Positions 9,217 to 16,526 of a DNA stretch of 64,000 nucleotides are shown one piece after another. Position numbers and translations under genes: made by a program. Below the pieces are notes generated by a model. That model did not search any database. It was not told the origin of the DNA and worked only from the letters and a program-made list of their open reading frames with translations. Numbering within the stretch: the stretch's first letter is position 1; each line of letters begins with the position of its first letter. Source of the stretch: an uncultured Chloroflexia bacterium (GTDB lineage Bacteria > Chloroflexota > Limnocylindria > Limnocylindrales > CSP1-4); contig CAVRZS010000003.1 in the NCBI GenBank assembly GCA_963725745.1, positions 428,260 through 492,259 on the forward strand, given 5' to 3'.

Positions 9217-12200
9217 GGGGCGGCCTGCTGCTTCTTGTGCATGTCGCCGATCATGATGTCCAGCCGGTGCACGAACCCTTCGATGGCGGCATCGCCGACG
9301 AACGGCCGGATCTTCTCGATGAACTCCGCGCGGTTCTTCGAGATGCCCTCGAGCTTCGTGACGAGGTCGGGCGGGTACTTCTCGGGCAGGTCCCGCGTGA
9401 ACCCCTCGATGCTGGCGCGGTCCTTCGTGCTCGTGAACGACAGCGCATGATCGATCGGCGTGAGCTTGAGCTGACCGTTCTGGAACTCGTACAGGTAGTT
9501 CCCGAAGTTGGCGCCGCGGTCGACGTTGTTGATGAGGTAGTCGAGGGCATCCATGTTGACCATGGCGTCCCGGAACTCCTGGGACTCGATGAGCCGCTTG
9601 AATGCCGCGTGGTCCTTGCGGGCGAGGTCCGCGAGCGAGTTCGACTCACGCCACTCGATCAGCACGCCCTGCTTGCCTTCGATCGTGACGAGCTGCCCCT
9701 GGGGTGCGGCCTCGTACCCCAGCTCCTTCGCCACCATGCCCCCCGCGACCTCTCGCGGCGCCTGCTGGCCCTCGACGATGCCCCGCTCGACGGCTCGTTC
9801 GATGCGGACGGTATTGCCGTCGCGGTCGACGAGGTGCTCGGCCTCGGTCGGCTTGAACAGGTACTTCTTGGTGGGGTCATTCGAATCCTTGACCACCCAC
9901 GACTTCTCGGCCGTGGTGCCTGCCGTGAGCTGGTCGCCGGTGCGCACGTATCGACCTTTCTCCTCGGGAGCGTATTTTGCCGTCGGGGTCGAGGGCGCGG
10001 CGTTCTCGCCGCTCGCCGGCAGATCGCGCCCGGAATGCTGGCCGGCCCGCCCCTCGATGTTCATCTTGACCAGGTCGTCGTACTTGTAGACGGGCTCCGG
10101 CGACGGCGTCAGGTCGTGCGGGACCTTCGACTTGGGGAGCAGGCCGCCCTGGTCCGGCGTCGGGGGACGGATCGCGGGTTGGTTGCCACCAGGCGGCGGG
10201 CCGCCCGGACCGGGTTGACCCGGGGCCACCCCGCCGGGGCTCGGGCCTTTCTTGATGGCCCCTCCCGTGCCGGCGACATCCGCACCGGTCTGGGCGCCAA
10301 CGGGCGGCGGGCCCTTCTTGATCGCCCCTCCCGTGCCGGCGACATCCGCGCCGGTCTCGGCGCCAACCGGTCCTTTGTTGGCACGGCCGTCTGGCGCTGT
10401 TCCCCCACCCGGCTCGGGAATGGGCGCTCTGCCTGCGAGCCCGTCCGGCGCGGTCTCCCCGCCTGCGGGTCCTGGGGGCGTGGCCGGCGGTCGCTCATGG
10501 ATGCCGGTGCCCGGGGTCGTCTCGGCGCCGGGCGTGGGGCCGGCGGGTGCGGCCGGGGCGCGCGGTGGGAACGTTCCCGGGGTCGTCTCGGCGCCGGGCG
10601 TGGGGCCGGCGGGTGCGGCCGGGGCGCGCGGTGGGAACGTTCCCGGGGTCGTCTCGGCGCCGGGCGTGGGGCCGGCGGGTGCGGCCGGGGCGCGCGGTGG
10701 GAACGTTCCCGGGGTCGTCTCGGCGCCGGGCGTGGGGCCGGCGGGTGCGGCCGGGGCGCGCGGTGGGAACGTTCCCGGGGTCGTCTCGGCGCCGGGGGTC
10801 GGGCCGGCGGGTGCGCCTCCGCCCGTTCGACCACCACCACCGCCGCCACCGCCAGTGCCGCCGCCGCCACTGCTGCCGCCGCCACCGCCGCCGCCGGTGA
10901 TGGCCTCGGCTCCGCCGATCGGGATCGCGGGCTCCTTGGGGCCGCCGGGAGCCTTCGTCGGCGTGGCCGTGTCGTGCCCTCCCGTGGCGGTCGGTGACTT
11001 CGTCACGAGCGCCGGCACCAGCGCCCCGGCCGCACCACTGAGCGCGTCGCCGGTCGTCACCTCGCCGACCCCAGCGCCGACGCCCACCTGGACGAGCTTG
11101 CCGGCGACGCCACCCTGCATGACCTTCGGCAGCAGCTGTGTCCCGTGGCCGGCGATGCCGCCCAGCGTGCCCCCGACCATCCCCTCGCCCGGCTTGCCGC
11201 CCGACGCGAGGTTCTGCGCCTCGTTGACGAACCCCTCGGCGAGCACCTGGCCGCCCTTCGCCGCAAATCCCTCGCCGCCGGCCGCGAGCACGCCGCCGAC
11301 CTGGCGGGTCGCCGCCGGCGCGATCGCCCCCGCCCCGATCACGCCGCCCTGCCACGTGCGGCTCATGAGCTTGCCCGCGTCGTGGTCACCAGTGGCGAGC
11401 TGGCGCGAGCCCTCGCCGACGAACGCGCCGCCCGCGCCGGCCCCGACCGCGGTGACGCCGACGGCCCACGCCGGAGCCGTCGCGAGCGCGGCCTCGCCGG
11501 CGATCGGCACGAGCGAGACGAGCGCGACCTGGACAATCGACATCGTCGTCGCGAGGCGGCGGTATCCCCGGTCGAGGTCGGCGTCGTACTCCGCCTCGGC
11601 CTTGACCCGCTGCTCGACGCCGGGCTTCTCCTGGATGATCAGCTTGAAGGCACCGACGTAGTCGCCCGCGTCGATCAGGGTCTTGACCCCCTTGTCGCGC
11701 AGGATCCGGAGGCGGTTGACCTCGAGGTCGAAGCTGCCCGGGTCGTCCGCACCGCCCAGGAATCCGAGGATGCGCAGCTTCGTTCGCGAGTTGCCGAGCT
11801 TGATCGAGTCGTAGTCGTCGCGGGCGCGGACCAGGGCGCTGTAGATGCTCTGCATGTAGCCCTTGAGGGCCTCGCGTGCCTTCTCGTGCAGCCCGAGCGC
11901 CTGGGCCTCCCAGATCTGGATGGTCGTGGGGCCGTTGGTGATGGTCCAGATCCCGGGCTTGTCGGACTTGACGAGGTGGCTCTGGATGACGCTCAGCGCG
12001 TTCTGCACATCCTCGATCCCGAGCTGCTCGGCGAGGCCGGCCTTGCCGCTGGGGCCGAAGTTCTCGGCGATCTTCTGGCGCAGCTTCACCTCGCCGGGCG
12101 CGCGCTGCTTCGTGAGCACCGCCTCGAGGTTCCCGCCGTGGACCGCGGCGTAGTGGGCGTTGAGGATCGACTTGGTCTGCTCGACCCGACCCGCCACCTC

Positions 12201-13379
12201 GCCGATGTCGAGCCCGATGATGTTGAAGTTGGCGCCGCGCTGCAGGGCGTACCGGATTTCGCCCTCGAGCGAGCGGAACTTCACGAGCGCGGCGTACGCC
12301 GATCCCGCCTTCTCGGTCCGGGCAAGGATGAGCGCCGCCCGCAGGGACTCGACGAGCTGGACGTGGCGGCTGGTCGCGTGGCTGCCGACCTTCACGGCGC
12401 TGAGCCGGCCCCGGACCTTCTCGTTGATCTCCTTGATGCCCGATGAGACGGCGATGTCCGCGCGGCCCGCCGTTTCCTCGCGGACGATCCCGGGGCCGGA
12501 CTCGCCCATCTGCGCGTTCTCCCACAGCAGGAGGTGGATCGCGAAGATGGTCTCGTTGAGATCCTCGTAGCTCTCCGCCTGCGGCACGTCCTGGCGGCCC
12601 TTCGCGGCGCCCAGCCGCTTGTTGACCATCGCGATCTGGTCGGCCACGGCGGCGAGCGGTGCGCCCGGCAGGTTGAGCCGCTTCGCCTCGGCGACGGCGT
12701 CGAGCATCCGTGCGGACACGCGCGGCCACGACCCGGCCGCCTTGCGCCGGTTGTCCGGGTCGGCGTCCTGGGCCCCGATGAACACGGTCCGGACGCTCCA
12801 CAGCAGCGACCGGTGCGCGGAGGACAGGTCCTTGCCGAAGCGGACGGAGTCGAGCCCGGCCCCGCCCCTGTTGATGAGGGCGGCCGCGAGGTCCTGGAAG
12901 CCGTTGACCAGGTCGGCGTACGAGTCGAAGGATGGGCCCGAGCCGCGGGGCTTCGTGGTCCCACCGGGCTTCGTCGCCCCGCGCGGCGGGGCCGGCGCGG
13001 GCGCCCGCTGGACGCTGAGCGCCTGGGCGCGCATCAGGCCGGCCACCGCGCGGTTGCCGGCCGAGCGCTGCAGGGCGTTCACCTGCGATCGCGCCAGCCG
13101 ATCCACGGGATCCGCGGGCGTCCAACCGACGAGCGCGCTGCCCTCGTCGGGCGTCTCCTCCGGTTCGGGAGCCGGCGTGCGGGGCGCCTCGACCGCCCGC
13201 TGGCGAGAGCGCGCAGCCCGGGACGGCTGCGCCTTCACGACACGGCTGCGCCCGCGCGCGGCGACTCGCCGCCGCCAGGGACGAGCGCTCCGTCGGGGGG
13301 TTTGGTCGCGAACGAGCCCGGGGCCATCGTGCCCGAGCGTCGGCCAGGCGAGCGAGCCCCACAACCGGGCGGCGGGCAA
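9213..13379 (-). CDS. 1388-aa mosaic protein: LQRSAGNRAV-type N-terminal leader, long helical region, Gly-zipper/TM block, poly-Gly and Pro-rich tandem repeats, C-terminal type-II PI3/PI4-kinase-like domain
   Basis: A single uninterrupted ORF. The C-terminal 233 aa carry KKYLFKP, LDYLINNVDRGANFGNYLY and LTPIDHALSF. The start is uncertain: TTG at 13379, with alternative in-frame GTGs downstream. Confidence 0.8.
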   Translation of the reverse strand: MPAARLWGSLAWPTLGHDGPGLVRDQTPRRSARPWRRRVAARGRSRVVKAQPSRAARSRQRAVEAPRTPAPEPEETPDEGSALVGWTPADPVDRLARSQVNALQRSAGNRAVAGLMRAQALSVQRAPAPAPPRGATKPGGTTKPRGSGPSFDSYADLVNGFQDLAAALINRGGAGLDSVRFGKDLSSAHRSLLWSVRTVFIGAQDADPDNRRKAAGSWPRVSARMLDAVAEAKRLNLPGAPLAAVADQIAMVNKRLGAAKGRQDVPQAESYEDLNETIFAIHLLLWENAQMGESGPGIVREETAGRADIAVSSGIKEINEKVRGRLSAVKVGSHATSRHVQLVESLRAALILARTEKAGSAYAALVKFRSLEGEIRYALQRGANFNIIGLDIGEVAGRVEQTKSILNAHYAAVHGGNLEAVLTKQRAPGEVKLRQKIAENFGPSGKAGLAEQLGIEDVQNALSVIQSHLVKSDKPGIWTITNGPTTIQIWEAQALGLHEKAREALKGYMQSIYSALVRARDDYDSIKLGNSRTKLRILGFLGGADDPGSFDLEVNRLRILRDKGVKTLIDAGDYVGAFKLIIQEKPGVEQRVKAEAEYDADLDRGYRRLATTMSIVQVALVSLVPIAGEAALATAPAWAVGVTAVGAGAGGAFVGEGSRQLATGDHDAGKLMSRTWQGGVIGAGAIAPAATRQVGGVLAAGGEGFAAKGGQVLAEGFVNEAQNLASGGKPGEGMVGGTLGGIAGHGTQLLPKVMQGGVAGKLVQVGVGAGVGEVTTGDALSGAAGALVPALVTKSPTATGGHDTATPTKAPGGPKEPAIPIGGAEAITGGGGGGGSSGGGGTGGGGGGGGRTGGGAPAGPTPGAETTPGTFPPRAPAAPAGPTPGAETTPGTFPPRAPAAPAGPTPGAETTPGTFPPRAPAAPAGPTPGAETTPGTFPPRAPAAPAGPTPGAETTPGTGIHERPPATPPGPAGGETAPDGLAGRAPIPEPGGGTAPDGRANKGPVGAETGADVAGTGGAIKKGPPPVGAQTGADVAGTGGAIKKGPSPGGVAPGQPGPGGPPPGGNQPAIRPPTPDQGGLLPKSKVPHDLTPSPEPVYKYDDLVKMNIEGRAGQHSGRDLPASGENAAPSTPTAKYAPEEKGRYVRTGDQLTAGTTAEKSWVVKDSNDPTKKYLFKPTEAEHLVDRDGNTVRIERAVERGIVEGQQAPREVAGGMVAKELGYEAAPQGQLVTIEGKQGVLIEWRESNSLADLARKDHAAFKRLIESQEFRDAMVNMDALDYLINNVDRGANFGNYLYEFQNGQLKLTPIDHALSFTSTKDRASIEGFTRDLPEKYPPDLVTKLEGISKNRAEFIEKIRPFVGDAAIEGFVHRLDIMIGDMHKKQQAAP
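10243..10372 (-). repeat. Two imperfect 66-bp tandem units inside the giant ORF (encode GA.TGADVAGTGGAIKKGP)
   Basis: gggcctttcttgatggcccctcccgtgccggcgacatccgcaccggtctgggcgccaac is repeated 66 nt later with a few mismatches. Confidence 0.7.
10510..10815 (-). repeat. 66-bp tandem repeat, 4 identical copies plus a diverged partial fifth, inside the giant ORF (22-aa unit APAAPAGPTPGAETTPGTFPPR)
   Basis: The unit cccggggtcgtctcggcgccgggcgtggggccggcgggtgcggccggggcgcgcggtgggaacgtt starts at 10510, 10576, 10642 and 10708. The partial copy from 10774 has 2 mismatches. Confidence 0.9.
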
Positions 13380-13432
13380 TCGTTGGGGAAGTCAGTCCTG
13401 CCTGAAGGGGCAACCCGGGTGCCACCCGACGC

Positions 13433-15076
13433 TCAGGCCCCGTCGGCCTCCCGGTCGACGTCGACGCGAGGGAACAGCGGGAGCGGCGTGTCGGTCACCC
13501 GCCCGGTCGCCTCGCCGGCCGACCACTCGAGCAGCTCGAGGACCGCGGGTCCGCCGTTGCCGTCGGCCTCGTACGGGTACGCGTGACCCAGCTGGGCGAG
13601 GATCTGCGGGGCCATGGCGGGCATGAACGGCGCGACCGCCAGCGCCACCAGCCGGCACGCCTCGACCAGGTCGCCGAGCACGTCCCGCAGCCGGGTGGCG
13701 GCCTCGGCGTCGCCGGCCTGGGCCGCCTTGTTGAGCGTCCAGGGCTGCTCCGAGTCGACCGTCTTGTTGGCGCCGCCGACGAATTCCCACAGCTCCCCGA
13801 GCGCGTCGTGGAGCCGGCAGCCGTCGAGCCGCTCCCGGTACGCCCGCAGCGTGTCGGCCCAGCCCTCGGCGAGGGGCGAGTCGCCGGCCGCTCGCGGGGC
13901 CGGCCGCTCGCCACCGAGGTACCGGTTGACCATCGTGACCGTGCGGTTGACGAGGTTGCCGAAGTCGTTGGCGAGGTCCGCGTTGTAGCGACGCACGAAC
14001 GAATCCCAGGACACGTCGGTGTCGCGGTCGAAGGCGACCTCGCGCAGGGTCACGTAGCGCGCTCCGTCCGCCCCGAACGCGGCCACGACGGCGTGCGGAT
14101 CGAGGAAGTTGCCCCGGCTCTTGCTCATCCGCTCGCCCTGGACGAGCAGCCAGCCGTGGACCCACACGTGGCGCGGTGCGTCGATGCCCGCCGACCACAG
14201 CATCGCCGGCCAGGCGATCGTGTGGAAGCGGGCGATGTCCTTGCCGATGACGTGGAGGTCCGCGGGCCACCAGTGGTGGAAGGCCTCCATGTCGCCCGGG
14301 AAGCCGGCGCCGGTGATGTAGTTGATGAGCGCGTCGTACCAGACGTAGATCGTGCCGGCCTCGGGATCCCAGGAGCCGTCCTCGAGCTGCGCCGTCTCGC
14401 CGTTGTCGGCAATGGGGAACGGGATCCCCCAGGTCGCGCCGGCGCGGCTGATCGAGAAGTCCTCGAGGCCCCCGCGGATGAAGCCCAGCATCTCGTTGCG
14501 GCGGTAGTCCGGCTGGACGAAGTCCGGGTTGGCCTCGTAGTGGGCCGCCAGCCGCTCCTGGTACGCCGACAGGCGGAAGAACCAGTTGCGCTCGGTCAGC
14601 CACTGCAGCGTGACGTCGGGGTGGTTCGGGCATTGCATGCCCCGCGCGGTCTCGAGCAGGTCCGAGATCGCCATGAACCCCTCGTTGGGGCAGTACCAGC
14701 CCTCGTACGTGCCGGGATAGATGTCCCCGTTGTCGTATGCCCGGCGAACCATCTCCTGCGCGGACAGGTAATGGTCGGGATCGGTGGTCCGGATGAACCG
14801 GTCGGGGCTGATCAGGAGCGCGTCCTCGGCCGCGCGGAACAGGGCGACCTTCTCGTCGACGAACTCGCGCGGCGTCCGGCCCTCGGCCGCCGCCGACTGG
14901 GCGATGTTGACGGAGTGCTCGTCGGTGCCGGTGAGGAACCGGGTGTCGTCGCCCAGCATCCGGTGCCAGCGCGCGATGACGTCCGCCCCGATGACCTCGT
15001 ACACGGTGTGCAGGCCCGGAGCGTTGTTCGCGTAGGCGATGGCCGTGGTCAGGTAGTAGCGGCGGCGATCGGACAT
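13433..15076 (-). CDS. metG: Methionine--tRNA ligase (short form)
   Basis: 547 aa: MSDRRRYYLTTAIAYANNAPGLHTVYEVI ... TGTDEHS ... RMSKSRGN (KMSKS). Confidence 0.95.
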   Translation of the reverse strand: MSDRRRYYLTTAIAYANNAPGLHTVYEVIGADVIARWHRMLGDDTRFLTGTDEHSVNIAQSAAAEGRTPREFVDEKVALFRAAEDALLISPDRFIRTTDPDHYLSAQEMVRRAYDNGDIYPGTYEGWYCPNEGFMAISDLLETARGMQCPNHPDVTLQWLTERNWFFRLSAYQERLAAHYEANPDFVQPDYRRNEMLGFIRGGLEDFSISRAGATWGIPFPIADNGETAQLEDGSWDPEAGTIYVWYDALINYITGAGFPGDMEAFHHWWPADLHVIGKDIARFHTIAWPAMLWSAGIDAPRHVWVHGWLLVQGERMSKSRGNFLDPHAVVAAFGADGARYVTLREVAFDRDTDVSWDSFVRRYNADLANDFGNLVNRTVTMVNRYLGGERPAPRAAGDSPLAEGWADTLRAYRERLDGCRLHDALGELWEFVGGANKTVDSEQPWTLNKAAQAGDAEAATRLRDVLGDLVEACRLVALAVAPFMPAMAPQILAQLGHAYPYEADGNGGPAVLELLEWSAGEATGRVTDTPLPLFPRVDVDREADGA

Positions 15077-15098
15077 GTCGGGCGATCGTAGCAGGGGG

Positions 15099-16526
15099 TC
15101 AGTCCGCCGCGACCGGGGCCGGGGCGGGACCCGGCACGGCGGCGGCCAGCGGCCGCCGGAGCAGGAACAGCACCGCGACGAGGGCCAGCGCGAACACGAT
15201 GACCCGGCTGACGAAGGCCGCGTGGGAGCCCGGCATCAGGTCGGTCGCGCCGGGAGCCAGCACGTAGTCGAACGCGGCCGCCGGGATCGCGACGCCCAGG
15301 GCCGATCCCACCTGGCGCAGGGAGTTGAACACGCCCGCCGCGATGCCGGCGTCCTCGGGCCGGAACTCCGACAACGCCGTCACCGTGCTCGCGACGACGC
15401 CCAGCGCGATCGGCACGCCGCCCAGCGCCCCGACGGCGGACACGACCAGGAACGGCGTCGTGGCGTCGAAGGTGGCCATCAGCACGGCCGCCACGAGCGC
15501 GAACACCAGGCTCCAGACCATGACCCTCGACGCCCCGAGGCGGGCGACGATCCCCGCGGCCCGCGGGAACAGGATGGCCGCGAGCAGGGGCCACGGCAGC
15601 AGCACGAGCGCGGTCTCGGTCGGCGTCAGGCCGCGGACGCCCTGGAGGTAGACCGCGAGCTGGATCGACCCGGACAGAATCCCGAACCACGCCGCGGCAC
15701 CCACCAGCGTCGAGGCGACGAACGCGCGGCTGCGGAAGATCTCGAGGTGGACGGCGGGCTCGGCGGCCGACCGTTCGCGCCACACGAAGGCGATCAGCGC
15801 GACGACGGCGAGCGCGAAGCCGCCGATCACGGCCGCGGACGTCCAGCCCCACACGTCGCCCTGGAGGAGTGCGCCGTTGATGCCCAGCAGCACGAGGCTG
15901 CCGAGGACGAGGCCCGGCCCGTCGAGCGGCCGGTGGCGCCCGGCGGCGGCGCGGGGCAACGCGATCCAGGCCATCGTCGCCACGCCCAGCGCGAGCGGGA
16001 CCTGCGCCCAGAAGATCCCCGACCAGCCGACCAGGCTCGCCAGGAGCCCCCCGACCAGCGGGCCGACGACCGCGGCGATCGCGCCGGCGGCGAAGTACAG
16101 CCCGAGCGCACGGCCGCGCGCGGCCCCCTGGTACGTCGCGGAGATGGCCGCCAGCCCGATCGTCAGCAGCGCCGCGCCGCCAACCCCCTGCACGACCCGG
16201 CCCGCCAGGAGCACCCCGTAGGACGGGGCGAGGGCGCTGGCCAGCGCGCCGGCCGCGAACAGGAGGCCGCCGACGGCGAGCACCCGCCGGTGGCCGTAGC
16301 GATCGCCGAGGCGGCCGACGGCGAGGATCGACACCGCGTACGGCAGCACGTATGCGCTGACCGTCCAGGCGAGGGTCGATTGCCCGACGCCGAACGCCTC
16401 GCCGATGACCGGCAGGGCGAGGTTGACGATCTGGAGGTCGAGGTTCGCGGTGAAGGCCGCCAGGACGGCGACCGCGACGATCGCCGACGGGCGGCGCGTT
16501 GCCGCCGGACGGCCGCCGGGGGTCAT
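15099..16526 (-). CDS. MFS transporter, DHA2 (EmrB/QacA-like, 14-TMS) family
   Basis: ATG at 16526: MTPGGRPAATRRPSAIVAVAVLAAFTANLDLQIVNLALPVIGEAFGV...GRLGDRYGHRRVL... with many TM segments to the stop at 15099. In the track it is fused to the upstream lyase ORF. Confidence 0.85.
   Translation of the reverse strand: MTPGGRPAATRRPSAIVAVAVLAAFTANLDLQIVNLALPVIGEAFGVGQSTLAWTVSAYVLPYAVSILAVGRLGDRYGHRRVLAVGGLLFAAGALASALAPSYGVLLAGRVVQGVGGAALLTIGLAAISATYQGAARGRALGLYFAAGAIAAVVGPLVGGLLASLVGWSGIFWAQVPLALGVATMAWIALPRAAAGRHRPLDGPGLVLGSLVLLGINGALLQGDVWGWTSAAVIGGFALAVVALIAFVWRERSAAEPAVHLEIFRSRAFVASTLVGAAAWFGILSGSIQLAVYLQGVRGLTPTETALVLLPWPLLAAILFPRAAGIVARLGASRVMVWSLVFALVAAVLMATFDATTPFLVVSAVGALGGVPIALGVVASTVTALSEFRPEDAGIAAGVFNSLRQVGSALGVAIPAAAFDYVLAPGATDLMPGSHAAFVSRVIVFALALVAVLFLLRRPLAAAVPGPAPAPVAAD

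Noticed and set aside
10109-10900. Repeat-containing ORFs 10109..10885(-), 10252..11661(+) and 10547..10900(+) as separate repeat proteins
   Set aside because: They are alternative-frame or antisense readings of the 66-bp tandem repeats inside the 1388-aa ORF.
8944-13379. An eCIS, T6SS or T7SS locus around the giant protein
   Set aside because: No sheath, tube, baseplate, PAAR, VgrG, EssC/EccC or WXG genes are in this window. Only the N-terminal motif hints at such a link, so no system is called.
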